Below are positions 26,295 through 41,200 of a stretch of DNA of 64,000 bases, in pieces. Made by a program: the position numbers and the translations under genes. This DNA comes from Octopus sinensis (taxonomy: Eukaryota): positions 4,278,001-4,342,000 of the forward strand of contig NC_043010.1 of NCBI RefSeq assembly GCF_006345805.1. Direction: 5' to 3'. Numbering within the stretch: position 1 is the first letter of the stretch; each line of letters starts with the position of its first letter. Below the pieces are notes generated by a model. It was not told the origin of the DNA and did no database searches. It was given only the letters and a program-made list of their open reading frames with translations.

Positions 26295-27632
26295 GTGGCA
26301 TATCTTGAAGGAGTTTGTCATTTTAAAGTTAACTGGTTTTCAATTTTTTTATTTTTAATTTCAAAAGTTTTTCTGAAGTTTTCCTAAAACATATATTGAT
26401 TTTTTTTTTATTTTGGAAAAAAAAAAAAAAGAAGAAAAATGTCCAAAACATAGGAAATATAAATTGGCCACTCAGTCTCATTTTTCTATTTTAATGTGTA
26501 GATGATAGAAATAAGAGTTGAATACAGAGAAGAAATAAATATTGTTATCTTCAGTAAAGAATAACTATTATCTTTATGAAATCAGATTACAGTGCTTTTA
26601 TTATAAATATTCACAAACAATAACTCTAAGTCCACCTCGTCCTGCTTCAGTGAGACCGCCTGCAGAATCTACAGGCAGCAGAGAAACATCATGTAGTCAT
26701 TTGCCCTGCTAGAAACAGCAACCAAAGTTAGGTCAAATGCTACAATATTTGAGGTCCTGAAAAAAAAAATTAAAAAACCCCATTTGGGTGCTACCCTTCC
26801 ATTCCTGATTAAATATTTTATCTTTTGTGTATTTCAGTCATTGGACTGTGGCACGGCCTTGAAAGATTTTAGTCAAACAAATTATTATCTTTTTAAAATC
26901 TGGTACTTATTTTATCAGTCTCTTTTGCCAAACTGCCATGCTATAGAGTTGTCCCGCAGAGGGAAGGGACAAAACCACAGATACAAGCATCCCCTCCCCC
27001 ACACACACATGCATGTGTGTGTGTGTGTGTCTGTATACATATATATGCAAACATGTTACTACTTATAATATGCTTGAGGGATCTTTGAACTGGTAACAGA
27101 TTTCTTACTTATGCACATCACTGCTTAACATTTCTATTCCATTTACATATACATACATATATAAATATAAATATAGATATATATATATAAATAAATATAT
27201 ATATAAATATATATATGTATATATATATAATATAATGAAATTATTGTATACAGTGCTCAGGTGCACCACAACTTGTCAGAAAGTGCATATAAAGTACATG
27301 CAGTAATGTAAAAATGTCTGGAAAGCGAACATATGTATATATATATGTATATATATATATAGGAAAGTATCATAGTTCGCTTGAAGCAACGGGTATTGTT
27401 TGTAAACAATAATAATAAATAGTAATAATGTGTCTTGAATGGCACAACAATGTGCCATTCAAAACACATTATTACTACATATATATATATATATATATAT
27501 CAGCCGAAATTGCGAGGATGATCCGGTTCTTGACTGAAGATTAGAGGCTTCGAATGACCCGTCCGTTTTTTGTGTCGTCTCTTTGAGTGTTTTGCTTTCT
27601 TGTCCCATTTTGTATTTTTATATATATATTTT

Positions 27633-27710
<78 letters not shown>

Positions 27711-28099
27711 TAGTGTGCTTGTGTGCGTGTAGTAGAAGATACTTGTTCAAGGTGCCTTGCATTGTAACTGAACCTAAAGCCACATGGCTGCAATGTGAGC
27801 TTCTTAACCACACAACCACCCCAGTGCTTAGGGTAAATAAATAAATAAATAAATAAATAAGTAAATAAATAAATAAAAAGTCGAGACTGTCATGGCTAGA
27901 ATGCTTTTGATAAGGAGTATTCTTAATCTAGGGCTAACAGTTATACAGTAATGGTAGACTTGACTGTAGAACAATTGTAACATGTCCACATTATCGTATT
28001 ACATCCCACATGACTCACCACTACATGTGTCAATATGCTCTGTGTAATTCTCTAAGTTACACCTGGAAACTGTAAATCTCTGGGCTGTGTCTAAGCCAT

Positions 28100-28486
28100 C
28101 TAACACCCATGGACACCTTTTCAAACTCCACCCATCTAACACCCATCTAACACCCGTGGACATATTTACAAAGTCAGAAAACAGCACAGCTCCCATGACT
28201 TTAGGAAACATTTTTTCAAGCTGAGAGTTGCTGAAGCATGGAACAAACTGCCGGCATCGGTTGTTAGTTGTCGAAGCTCTGCATCCTTCAAAACTTCCAT
28301 GCTTCCTGAGATTCGCCAACATTACACCTGATTTTCTCCCCTCCATACACACACAAGCATGTATCTGACTCATGCATTGTTCGCTTTCCAGACATTTGTG
28401 CATTACTGCATGTACTTTATATGCACTGTCTGACAAGTTGTGGTGCACCTGAGCACTGTATACAATAATTTCATTATTATTATTAT
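28100..28486 (+). mobile_element. CR1-clade LINE 3' fragment
   Basis: TRGHIYKV...RKHFFKLRVAEAWNKLPASVV...SFK, 3' UTR and (ATT)n tail. Short inverted copy of the UTR at ~27232-27335. Confidence 0.88.
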
Positions 28487-29156
28487 TTTTAATTGTGTGG
28501 TTGAATGTTTATGAGCCATTGGTCTGCTTGATCAGAGCTGACCATTACGGTGCATGATTATAACAACAGGAAACAAAACAGAATATTCGAGTCACTCTCA
28601 CAAGGAACAATTTTAATATTCCCAACAATTCAAGGCAGCGATTGGCAGAATGGTTAGCATTCCAGGCAAAATGTTTGGCAGCTTTTCATCTGTGTTTACA
28701 TTCTAAGTTCAAATTCTGCTGTGGCTGACTTTGCCTTTCATCCTTTCAGGGTCGATAAAATAAGTATCAGTTGAACACTGGAATCGATGTTACCAAATTA
28801 CTCCATTTCTTGAAATTGCTGGCTTTGTGCCAAAAATTTGAAATCGATATTTCTAGCAATTTTCTATATTTGATGACATAAAAGATGCATGGGTGTATTA
28901 AACACACCCCAATTTCAGCAGGGCATGTTCAGGAAGGAAAACGCTGATGTGCGTTAAAGCTAATGGGAGGCCCAACTACATATATGCAACCTGTGGTGAT
29001 TCTCTGGAGATTCATCTTACATGCCATAAAAATATGGTAGTTGTTTGGGAAACCAGAACATCATCGGCATTAGAATTGAGGGAGATAACTTTTCCTTTCC
29101 TGAAGTTTCAGTTTATGTATTTGGAGTAAATTCTGTCTTTCAGTTACTCCACTTCT

Positions 29157-29344
29157 ACTCTTTCACTTGTTTCAGTCATTTGATTGTGGCCATGCTGGAG
29201 CACCGCCTTTAGTCGAGCAAATCGACCCCAGGACTTATTCGTTGTAAGCCTAGTACTTATCCTATCGGTCCCTTTTGCCAAACCACTAAGTTACACCAGC
29301 ATCGGTTGTCAAGCGATGTTGGGGGGACAAACACAGACACACAA

Positions 29345-29384
<40 letters not shown>

Positions 29385-29425
29385 ACACACACATACACAC
29401 ACACATACACACACACACACATACA

Positions 29426-29477
<52 letters not shown>

Positions 29478-29648
29478 CATATATACGACGGGCCTCTTTC
29501 AGTTTCCGTCTACCATATCGACTCGCAAGGCTTTGGTCAGCCCGAGGCTATAGTAGAAGACACTTGCCCAAGGTGCCATGCAGTGGGACTGAACCCGGAG
29601 CCATGTGGTTGGTAAGCAAGCTACTTACCACACAGCCACTCCTACGCC

Positions 29649-29650
<2 letters not shown>
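29157..29650 (-). mobile_element. Family A SINE with expanded (CA)n
   Basis: Reverse-complement match to family A. Confidence 0.88.
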
Positions 29651-29679
<29 letters not shown>

Positions 29680-30321
29680 GATGATGATGATGATATATAT
29701 ATATATATACATATGTATGTGTGTGTGTGTGTCTTGAGTAGTATTTCCTCATTCTAGAAGAAATACATTTGAAACCTTGGGGTCATTTATTTAATTCATG
29801 TTGGGAAACAGTTGGGATCCATCTATGGTACACCCGTGCTGAGATAATTGAAAACCTGTCAGATCACAGAGAAATAAATGCTGGTGCTGCAATCATGAAT
29901 TAACAATGGAAACATGTCGTCACTTGATCTGCTAAAAAAAGCTGCCAAATCCAACTCAGATCACACCTTAAAATTTTTTAAATGTATCAACACATTGGAC
30001 AGTATAATGAGCAAAACAGTGTGGTCATGGTCGGAACGTCTTTGATCATGTCTGAGCTGGTGCTAAACAGCTACGAAGTCAACAATTATACTAACCCATC
30101 ACTTCTACAAAATTATACTGAAAGTGGGATAAAATGGCTTATTGAGAAGTAGGGATGAAATCGATCATTTCAGGCAGGTCTCGGTTATTCCCCTTCGTGA
30201 ACTGTTTGTACAGTAGGGGGTTGGAGGACTTACAAAAACAAAAACAAAAACAAAAAGAGCAAAATGTCCCAAAACTTGAAAACTTGCCGATTGTATGAGA
30301 AAGTAGCCCGGGCAACAGTGT

Positions 30322-30560
<239 letters not shown>

Positions 30561-31770
30561 TAGACGCCCCTCCCTTGTCAGAGTTGATCCTGCAGGATTA
30601 TGATAATATAAGCACAGAATGACTGTGTGGTAAGAAGCTTATTTCCCAACCACCTGGTTCTGGTTTCAGTTCCCCTGCATGGTACCTTGGGGCAAGTGTC
30701 TTCTACTATAGCCTCACCCAGTTAAAGCCTTGTGAGGGATTTGGTGGACTGAAATTGAAAGAAGCCTGTTATATATGTGTGTGTCTGTGTGTCTCCCTAG
30801 TCCCCACTTGACAACTGGTGTTGGTGTTATTACATCATCATCATCATCATCATCAACGTTTAATATCTGTTTTCTGTGCTAGCACGGGTTGGACAGTTCG
30901 ACTGGGGTCTGGGAAGTCAGGAGGCTGCACCAGGCTCCGGTCTGATCTGGCAGTGTTTCTACAGATGGATGCCCTTCCTAACGCCAACCACTCCGTGAGT
31001 GTAATGGGTGCTTTTTACATGCCACCAGCACAGGTGCCAGGGGAGGCTGGCAGTGGCCATGATCGGTTGGTATTTTTTATGTGCCACCGGCACAGAAGCC
31101 AGTCAAGGTAGTGCTGGCATCGGCCATGTTTGGATGGTGCTTTTTACGTGCCACTGGCACAGGTATCACAACTACAATTTCCATTTGATATTTATTTTGA
31201 TGTTGATGTACTTGACTCAATAGGTCTCCTCAAGCACAGCAGGTCACCCTATCTCCGTAAATCAGCAGTTCAGCAAAAGAGACTAACAGAATAAGTACCA
31301 GCATAGCCACAGTCAAATGACTGAAACGAGTAAAAGGGTAGACATACCAGTTGTAATTGTCTCAAACTATTTTGTTTTTCCAGTTGTATCTAAGCTCATA
31401 TTTTCATCCTTTTTATTAAGTTGGTTGGTTGGTTGTTCTTTGAAGGAGAGATATTTGGCTGTTGTTTCTAGTAGGTTGAGGTTTGTAGAAACTCCTTCAT
31501 TAACTCTTAATTAATTTCTGTTCGTGGCAAATACAACAGACGAGCTGAATGAAAATCATATTTCTTGTCTACAAATAATGTACTTCACTTCACAACGTTA
31601 AAAAAAAAAAAGACTTCTCTTTGAGCCATGGGACTGTATAAAACTTTAGACCCTCTGTCCCGAAATATGTAACTGTCACTTTGTTGCTTTCACCAAAGAC
31701 ATTTCTATGTTTATTGAAGTCACCACCACCACCACCACCACTGCCACCACCACCACCACCACCACCACCA

Positions 31771-31846
<76 letters not shown>

Positions 31847-32289
31847 CACCACCACCACCATTTACTGCTCACTTTTTCCTGCTTGTATGGGTAAGATGGA
31901 GTTAATTTGAGGTAAATTCCCAACTGTCAGATGCCCTTCCTGTTGCGAAGCCTCACCTGTTTCCAAGCAAGGTAATATTTTCCCATGGCCAGACATGTTC
32001 TCACAGCATTGAGAATGAATCACACACACACACCACACACACACACACATACACACATATGATGAGCTTCTGGCCAGTTTCCGTCTATCAATTCCACTCG
32101 CAACAATCACAAGGCTTTGTTCATCCTGGGCCTGTAGCAGAGAACACTTGCATAAGACAACATACAATTGGACTGAACTCTGGACCATGTGATTGGGAAG
32201 CAGACTTCTTACCACAGGGTCACAATCTCAAATTCCTTATAACAGTTTTTGGTTTAGCTTCAAGAGTGAATGAGTGCTGGAGATACATA

Positions 32290-32706
32290 GGATCTTTTCC
32301 GTTTGACTGGCAGTTTTTAAAAATTATTTTTATGTAACACTTTTAAACTTCGTATACTGGTAGAATGTGTTTATAAAACATCTTTTTCTCTTGGCTTTAT
32401 TGAGAAAATTCTGTAGTTTGTAACATATTTGTTGTTTTTTTCTTCAATTTCTGCAATTTCAACCAATCAATGACGTCTATTGAGGTAAAAAAAAAGCATT
32501 CTGTGCCGTATGAATATGTCCCTCGTTTAAGAAACAGATTGGGTTTATTTACATTTGTGAAGAAAAAAAGATACCCTTACCCCCCACCCCTAACCCTAAC
32601 CCTAAAACAGATTGAAATGCAATAGATCGATACTAGGGTCATAATTATGGGTGACAATTTCATATGACACCGCTAGAAAAAACTGCCGTTCAAACCGAAA
32701 AGATCC
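32290..32706. mobile_element. MITE with internal (CCCTAA)n
   Basis: ~29-bp TIR GGATCTTTTCCGTTTGACTGGCAGTTTTT / AAAAACTGCCGTTCAAACCGAAAAGATCC. Confidence 0.85.
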
Positions 32707-33305
32707 GATATATATTGTATGGGGAAGTAAACAAGAATGCTCCGAAGCAGTGTGTGTGTGTGCTGCAGTTTATTCTACCAATATTTCCGTATGGAATGTA
32801 ATTTATTGATCTTCATTAAATGACCAAGTTATCTTCTTAAGTAAAGGGACACAACTTGACTCACCTCTATATAGATATGCAAACACGCACGCATGCACAC
32901 ACACACGTACACACACGTGCACACACACACACACTTGTGTACATATACACACATATGTATATGCATATGTGTATATATTCGCATGCATGTATGTATGCAT
33001 AGGTAATCAGCTTCTGTAGTTTCTCTCTCCCGAAATCCATTCACAATCCATTGTTTAGCTCATGGATATTATAGAAGCCACTTGCCCTAGGTACCACATG
33101 AATATTTTTTTCTATCCCTTTATTAATTACCTCAATCTGACTCACTCCTTTTATCGTTATTGGCTACCAGTTCTCTGTCAGGTTATAGTCAATGGACTTG
33201 CTCCTTCATTAAATCAATAAAGAATCATTTATTTATATATATGAAATCATGTACACATCCATCCCTCCATATATATATAAATGTGTGTGTACGTGTGTGT
33301 ATGTT

Positions 33306-33339
<34 letters not shown>

Positions 33340-33358
33340 TATATATATACATGTGTTC

Positions 33359-33395
<37 letters not shown>

Positions 33396-33572
33396 ATATA
33401 TATACACATATATATATATACATGTGTTCATATATATATATATATATATATTTATACATATACATATGTTCATGTATATATATATATATATATATATACG
33501 CACACACATATATATATATGCATGCGTACACACACACATGCACATATATATGTATTGATACATATATGTGTG

Positions 33573-33639
<67 letters not shown>

Positions 33640-34077
33640 ATGTATGTATGCACATACACACACACACACACGCACACAAATGAGTGCATGTATCTTAGAG
33701 AGACATCCACAAATGCATGGATATAAATATGAGTGATTAATTCAACAATTCATTTATTAATGAGCTAGAATCTTTCAAAGAACTTTTATTGTTTAAATGG
33801 AGATGTGTGTGAAAATAAGCCGGAAATATAAAGGAAAAAACATCTGGCCCCTTCACTTACTTATTTTGTGGGGATTCATTGATGCATGTCCTTATTTAAT
33901 AATTGTGTAATAAACAAAAGAAATTACGATTAGAAAAGATAAGAAATATAAGTGGCATCATTTGTGCATGGCAAGTGTCTAAGAAGGTAGAAATAGCTGA
34001 GATATATAATAATGAAATAGCTGGGGTGCATAATAATAAAATAGCTTGAGTATGCAATAATCAAAGATTGTGTAATA

Positions 34078-34461
34078 GGAGCACTCCGTCGGTTACGACG
34101 ATGAGGGTCCCAGCTGATACGATCAACGGAACAGCTTGCTCGGGGAATTAACGAGCAAGTGGCTGAGCATTCCACAGACATGTGTACCCTTAACGTAGTT
34201 CTCGAGGAGATTCAGCATGACACAGAGTGTGACAAGGCTGGCCCTTTGAAATACAGGTACAACAGAAACAGGAAGAAAGAGTGAGAGAAAGTTGTGGTGA
34301 AAGAGTACAGCAGGGTTCACCCCCCCTCCCCCTGCAGGAGCCTTGTGAAGCTTTAGGTGTTTTCGCTCAATAAACACTCACAATGCCCAGTCTGGGAATC
34401 AAAACCGCGATCCTATGACAGCGAGTCCGCTGCCCTAACCACTGGGCCATTGCGCCTCCAC
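34078..34461 (-). mobile_element. Family C SINE with tRNA-Arg(TCG)-like head (~385 bp)
   Basis: TGGCCCAGTGGTTAGGGCAGCGGACTCGC...GGTTTTGATTCC head. Confidence 0.85.
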
Positions 34462-34559
34462 CAAAGATTGTGTGATGTCAGTGGTGTGAAATTGACAGAG
34501 GAGGAAATGATGGGTAAGATAAAATAGGGTGAGTAAAATCTACCTTCTGGCCAAGCTTA

Positions 34560-34990
34560 TGAGAGGTCACTGAAAAGCTCCTGGCTTTGGGTAAAAGAAA
34601 ACACAGGATTATGATTATGATTTTAGCCCTTTTGTTACCAACCCGGCTGAAACCGGCTCTGGCTCTGAGTACAAATGTCTTTTTTTCATAAGTGTTGAAT
34701 TAAAATCTTCCACCAAACCTTAGTCACAAGTTATGTTCCTAACACTTGCTTAATGATAACTGAGTTATATTATTAAATTCTTTGTTATTTATAAAGTAAT
34801 TGAAAGAAACACAGAGCATCTCAACAGAAATACAGTAACGAAAGGGTTAATTAACATATTCCCCTCTCAGACACACACACTTATTGCAGTGGTCCTTTAG
34901 TTTCTCTAAACCCTGTAAAAGAACTTGAAAGGTTGAGCCTCCAGCCAGGCCTTTTGCGATGTCCATAAAGCCAGGATTTTTCATCACTCA
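34560..34990. mobile_element. mariner-type MITE containing a nested piggyBac-like MITE (34627-34846)
   Basis: Outer TIR TGAGAGGTCACTGAAAAGCTCCTGGCTTT / AAAGCCAGGATTTTTCATCACTCA. Inner element TTAG-CCCTTTTGTTAC...GTAACGAAAGGG-TTAA. Confidence 0.75.
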
Positions 34991-35303
34991 TATTCTCATA
35001 AAAGGCGTGAGAATATGCTCAAACATTTAGATTTCTGCAGTCTGACACACATTTAAGCATTCATTTTCAGCTGAGTGAATTGAACCAATGTGAAATAAAA
35101 TGTTTTGATCAAGGACACAATGTGCAGCTCACCTTTGTGAATTGAACCCATGACTTAAACAGTCCTGAGTCCAACACCCAAACCACTACATCTCCCTCCC
35201 TGCTGTTCTTACTCCTTGCACATTACGCTCCCGCTATTTTCTTATTTCTTTACTTCCCACAAGGAGCTACTCACACTGGTACTGACAATATTCAGACTTC
35301 TGA

Positions 35304-35730
35304 AGGCGGTAAGCTGGCAGAAATGTTAGCATACCAGGCGAAATGCTTAGCGGTATTTCGCCTGCCGTTACGTTCTGAGTTCAAATTCCGCCAAGGTCGA
35401 CTTCATCCTTTCTGGTCCGATCAATTAAATACCAGTTATGCACTGTGGTCGTTGTAATCGACTTAATCCCTTTGTCTGTCCTTGTTTGTCCCCTCTATGT
35501 TTAGTCCTTTGTGGGCAATAGAGAAATAAGAAACATTAGCATGCCAGGCAAAATGTTTAGCTGTATTTCATCTGTCTTTACATTCTGAGTTCAAATTCTG
35601 CTGAGGTCGACTTTGCCTTACATTCATTTGGAGTTGATATATTAAGTACCAGTTGCATGCTGGAGTTAATCTAATCAACTGGCCCCCACCCCCAAAATTT
35701 CAGGCCTTGTGCCTAGAGTAGAAAAGAATA
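35304..35730 (+). mobile_element. Family B SINE inserted into or tandem with an older subfamily copy
   Basis: Two successive B box plus core regions with different tails. Confidence 0.8.
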
Positions 35731-37645
35731 TTTAGGCCACTGCCTAACCATATTGGCATTAGCATTGTGTACAGTAATGGCAGTTGTTGGCTGTTCAACT
35801 GTCAATTTTATATTTCATTTTTAAATAATAATTGAGTTGGTTTGATATTTGGTCTATCTGAACATGAGCATCTGAATTCAAAAATTATATTTGTGATGTT
35901 GTCTCATATTCTCTGAAGCATGTGGAGAATATTGCAAGAATTAACTTCGACAATAGCGGCTCAGGTATTGGAAAATATTAAACTTTGTACATAAACGGTT
36001 AAATTGTTGGAATGGTTGAATTGAAATTTATTCTGTACATAACAGCATAGGTGATGACAAAGATGTCATTGGTGGCATCACTGCTGCAATTGCTGATGCT
36101 GATGATGGTGATGAGGATAGTGATGTTGATCAGGGTGGTGGTGATGATGATGGTGGGAGTGGTGATTATGGTGGTGATGGTATTAGTGATGGTTGTGGTG
36201 ATTGTGATGGTGATGATGGTGATTGTAGTGGTGATAATGGTAGTGGTGGTGATTATGATGGTGTTGTTGTTGGTGGTGGTGGCAGAATTGGCAGCGGCGG
36301 TGATGGTGGCAGCAGCAATGGTGGTTGTGGTAGTGGTTGTGGTAGTAGTGGTTGTGGTGGTGATGGTGGTGGTAGTGGTGATGAGGATGATGATGATGAT
36401 GATGATGATGACAATGATGGTGGTGGCAGGAGTGGTAGTGGTAGATGTAGTGGTGGTGGTGGTAGTAGTGGTAGTTGTTTTGCTTTTTATAGCTTAGTCA
36501 GGCAGCACCCTCAACCATTTATTCAGGTTCTTTGACCCTGGTGCGAAAGAGCTTTGCATTGTGGACTTTGCTAAAAATCACCCAAGGAACCCATGAAGTG
36601 GTATCAAACTGTGACAGATTAAATCTACCACCCAAGAACAAGGACTGGTGATCTGTTAGGCTTTTTATTCACAAGGCCTGGAGTTGACCTGGAGTCATTC
36701 TAAAAGGCATTTGCCCAATGGATTGCACTCTAGATGCAAAACCTGGACCTGCGATGCAAAATTTTAAAAATACATGGCCATGCTAGCACACAGAATGGTG
36801 TATTAGTAATATTGCTGATGATGGTGGTGGTGGTGTTTGTAGTGATGGTGGTGGTTGGGGCAGCAGTGGTGGCAGCAGCATTGAGGTGGTAGTGGTGGTG
36901 GTTGGGGCAGCAGTGGTGGCAGCAGCATTGAGGTGGTAGTGGTGGTGGTTGGTGTCATTGTGGTGGTAGTGTTGTTGATTGACAGCATTGTGGTGGTAGT
37001 GGTAGTGGTAGTGATGGCGTTGGTAAATGAGATGGCTATGATGATTATGAAGATGATGATGATAGTGTGATAATGATAATTGTGGTCATGGAGATGATGA
37101 TGATGATGATGATGATGTCAATGGTGTTGGTCATGATACAGGGGAAAAAAAAAATCTATAGAACTTGCTAAATCTCCAGCCTTTTCCCTTTTTCTCACCT
37201 GACTTGTTCAATATTAATAACAACAGCAATAATAATATATAATACATAATAAATACAACTAGTCTCTGGTACTACTTTCCGTTCTGAAACCATCAATGCA
37301 TAAATAAAATTTATGTCCAATAATTCTCTGTATCTTCCAGAACCTTCCTTTATTTACTCTTTCACAAGATCCCTGGTTACTTTCTACATTCACAAGAATA
37401 AAGTAGATCTAAAATATATTGAATAGTTATAGCAGTAGATATAGTTACAACTTTTTACCATTATAAATATTATCTAAATGTTTCAAGCTTATTTATTGTA
37501 AGTTTAGTAGCTTTACTACTTCATCATTCTACACAAAAACCAGTTCGGTATATTTTCACAATATTCTCCGTATGCTTCACAGCATAACAGGTGAGGCGTC
37601 TACGAATAAAACTTCTGGATTCAGATAGCCGTGTTTCAGACTTAC

Positions 37646-37671
37646 AAAATGCCAACTGCTCACATTATCAA
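37646..37671 (-). CDS. Candidate 26-nt micro-exon ((V)DNVSSWHF is the only stop-free frame)
   Basis: Minus strand reads ttttttttttctttttttag|TTGATAATGTGAGCAGTTGGCATTTT|gtaagt: near-ideal acceptor and GTAAGT donor. Phase is compatible with 55643-55685. Confidence 0.5.
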
Positions 37672-38117
37672 CTAAAAAAAGAAAAAAAAAAATACTAAAA
37701 ACCTATCTACTTGCATTCTGTGAATTGTGATGGTGCCAATATGGTCAGAGTAACGTCTAAATACTGTGAGTATTGGGAAAATAAATATCCTCTATGTCAT
37801 AATGGTTCCAAATTCTGGCACGTGGCCAGCAATTCTGTGGAGGGTTAAGTTGATGACATCAACCTCAATGATCAACTGGTACTTATTTTATCGACCCCAT
37901 AAGGATGAACGGCAAAGTCAACTCCAGTAGAATTTGAACTCAGGATGTACAGACAAATGAAATACTGTTAAGCATTATGTGCAGAATTAGAGTTCGGCAT
38001 CACAGAATAGAGCCTCCGTTTCCAATCTTAATTCACTTTTAGTCATCTGCAGCCATCTTTTTTCTCTGTCCGTCTTATCTTCATCATCCCTATGAAATTG
38101 TCCATACTGTAGAAAGG

Positions 38118-38168
<51 letters not shown>

Positions 38169-38204
38169 GTTATTATTATTATTACATAGAAGTACTAGAA
38201 GGTA

Positions 38205-38770
38205 AGAAACGGAAGGTTTACGAAAATAAACAAAAGACGAAGGCAGGTGGAGTACAAACAAACAAATGTATTAGTATGGCGCTCAGGAATAGAAATAAAA
38301 CAAGTCTTTTATGTTTCGAGCCTACGCTCTTCGACAGAAAGATACACAGAAAAAAACAAAGAGAGAAACAAGGAGAGAAAAAAATGCGTGTAGGAGCTAA
38401 CGATCTATCATGGCATCCTGACTTCAGACAGTGGTCAGGGAAGATAACAGGGTCAAGTGACTTCCAAAACAAAGGTGCCCCCAGCACAAAGGTGCGTGTG
38501 TGTATAAGAGAGTATGTATGTGCGTGTGAAGGAGGGCTGGTGGTCTGGACGTGTGTGTGTATGTATGTGTGGGTGTGGGGATGGGTGTGTGGGTGGTGTG
38601 TTGTGATGTGATATGTGTATGTATGTGTAGGTGTAAAGTTGTGGGGAGGTGGGGAAGGCGAGAGTGGGGAAAGCCCAGGTGGGGTGTGGGTTGGGGTAGA
38701 GTGGGGGTTGTGGGGGATGGGGGGAGAGTGAGAGGGGGAGAGAAGAGGAGGGGAGAGAGGAGGAGGGAGT
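38205..38770 (-). mobile_element. Longer copy of the same Penelope-like element (motif at 38304-38342) with a G-rich extension
   Basis: TCTTT-CTGTCGA-A-GAGC(GTAG)GCTC-GAAAC-ATA-AAAGA. Colinear with 13903-14060. Confidence 0.6.
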
Positions 38771-40108
38771 GTATATATATAATGCTTTAAGCGCATGGCT
38801 CAGTAGTTTGTGTTGTGTTCTTGAGCAAGACACTTTATTTCAAATTGCTTCAGATCACTCAGCTGTAGAAATGAGTTGTGATGTCACTGGAGCCAAACTT
38901 TATCGACCTATGCCTTTCCCCTGGATAACATTGGTGGCATGGAGAAGGAAGGCTGGTATGCATGGGCGACTGGTGGTCTTCTATAAAACAACCTTGCCCA
39001 GACTTGTGCCTTGGAGGGTGACTTTCTAGGTGCAATCTCATGGCCATTCATGACTGTATGGTGTCTTTACTCTCTATGTTATGCTTTAACCGAGGAAGGT
39101 CTCAGGTAACTGTTGCACTTCCTATTATATATTATGCAGGCCTGAAGTGGAGGAGAACGATGGTGATGATGATGAGGATGATGGCGATGATGATTGTGAT
39201 AATGATGATGATGATGATGATGTCTGTATGATGTATGTCTATAAGTATATATCTTTTGTCATCTATTTTTTACTGGTTTCACTCATTTGTCTGCGGTCAT
39301 GCTAGTGCAGAAGCCTTGAAGAACTCGGTTAAAAAAAAAATCAACACTGGTTCTTAGTTTTGTAAAGCTGTTTTTTTTATTTACTCAATCAGTTTCTTTT
39401 GCATTGTCATGTAGCTATAGCAACATAAAAAGAAACGAGTGGAATACAAACACAAAGACACACAGGCACACACATAGGCTTACATACATACACATACACA
39501 CATGTGCACCCACTCACACACTTATACATACATACATACATACATACATACATACACACATACATGCATGCATACACATACATACAAGCATACATACATA
39601 CATACATACATACATACATACATGCATACATACACACATACATATATACATACATACATGCATACATACACACATACATACATACATGCATACGTATGAT
39701 GGGCTTTCATGCACAAGGTATTCATTCACAAGTTATTGTTTGGCCCAGGACTGTAGTAGAAGACACTTGCTCAAGGTGCCATGCAGTAGGACTGAAACCA
39801 AAACCACATGGTTGCAAATTGAGCTTAACACACACACAAACAGACAGACACACACACACACACACAATGTTTAATGCCTGGATCTTTGAACATGTAATTT
39901 TCATTGGAGATATTGACAACAAAAATGGTCGCCACAGTTTGGTTTCCTCATAAAATAGCCCAAATCTCACATCGGCCTGTTGTTGTTACATGTCTCACGC
40001 CAATGAGATGTCAACATGGCTTGAGTGAAGTTCTCGGATATCGTTTAAAATAATGAAATTGTTATGTGGAATAACGCCCTAAACAGAATAACGTCGCAAA
40101 TGTATATA

Positions 40109-40500
40109 TCACTCTATATATAAAGCTGAAGTTGTCTGTGGGTGTGGCAGGTTTAGTAGCCTTCAAGTAACGCTATCTCCTCCAAGACCCTGCGGCGCAT
40201 GTTGACGAAAATTGAGAGTTTGATAGAAAGCTTGCTCTTCCTTCCGTAGAAGAAAAAATTCAAATCTGACCATGTTAACACCAAAAATTATTTACATCAA
40301 AAAGGTGCTTTTTTTCTATGAAAATCCCTATTTTTTACGATTTTTTTTACTACTGTGTCGCCATTTTTCGGTGTATTTCAACCAGAAAAATGTTCACTTA
40401 AAGAGAATAACAAGCTACATAATGGATAATTTTTACTTTTCAAAAATTCCAATTCTAAAGGGTCAAAACAAACCTGAGCAACGTCGGGCAATACTGCTAG
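40109..40500 (+). mobile_element. Non-autonomous Helitron-like element
   Basis: 5' TC..TATATATAAA, 3' hairpin CCTGAGCAACGTCGGG and CTAG|T terminus. Second copy at 42691-43083. Confidence 0.85.
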
Positions 40501-40768
40501 TGTATTTATATAGCTATATAGCTATAGATATATATGGTTCAAGGGGGATAAGCCAGGCTTTGCATTTACTAAGGTTTGCATTCTTCCTCTTGGTGCGTGT
40601 CTGTGTATGTGTGTACGTGTGCATGCATATTCACTCACCTGCGCGTGCTCTCTCTCACACACTCACAAACAGAGAAAATAAGAAGAATACAGAAATGAAC
40701 AAATGCAATCCATGTGTGTATATGCATGTGTGTTGTGTTTGTGTATGTGTGCGTGCACACATGTATAT

Positions 40769-40800
<32 letters not shown>

Positions 40801-40869
40801 ACAATTTCAATAGAAGCCTTATTCATAAAGTACGCCTCGGATAATGACTGAAGCTGGGTTTTAGAGTCG

Positions 40870-41200
40870 TTGTGATACCAGTGCCGGTGGCACATAAAAG
40901 AGCCATCCAAACGTGGCCGTTGCCAGCGCCACCTCGAATGGCCGCTGTGCCGGTGGCACGTAAAAAGCACCAATCGATCATGGCCGATGCCAGCCTTACC
41001 TGGCACCTGTGACAGTGGCACGTAAAAAGCACCCACTACACTCATGGAGTGGTTGCCGTTAGGAAGGGCATCCAGCTGTAGAAACACTGCCAGATCAGAC
41101 TGGAGCCTGGTGCAGCCTCCTGGCTTCCCAGACCCCAGTTGAACCGTCCAACCCATGCTAGCATGGAAAGCGGATGTTAAACGATGATGATGATGATGAT
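40870..41200 (+). mobile_element. Family E: RTE 3'-UTR-derived repeat with (GAT)n tail
   Basis: GGCACGTAAAAAGCACC units, AGGAAGGGCATCCAGCTGTAG, tail. Copies at ~3900-4270, 14070-14278, 15460-15810, 30835-31250, 53630-53820. Confidence 0.85.

Noticed and set aside
34390-34461. tRNA genes (here and at 56079 and 21958)
   Set aside because: A and B boxes are present but the cloverleafs are broken and each continues into a SINE body.
36051-36497. 148-aa hydrophobic Val/Met ORF, and the Thr/Pro/His or Ser/Gly ORFs at 5911-6305 and 30377-30622
   Set aside because: Degenerate trinucleotide microsatellites, not membrane or mucin genes.
36850-36950. 47-bp tandem repeat, and the short ATCCATTAA repeats near 46760, as CRISPR-like arrays
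   Set aside because: Simple slippage duplications with no spacers, in a eukaryotic context.
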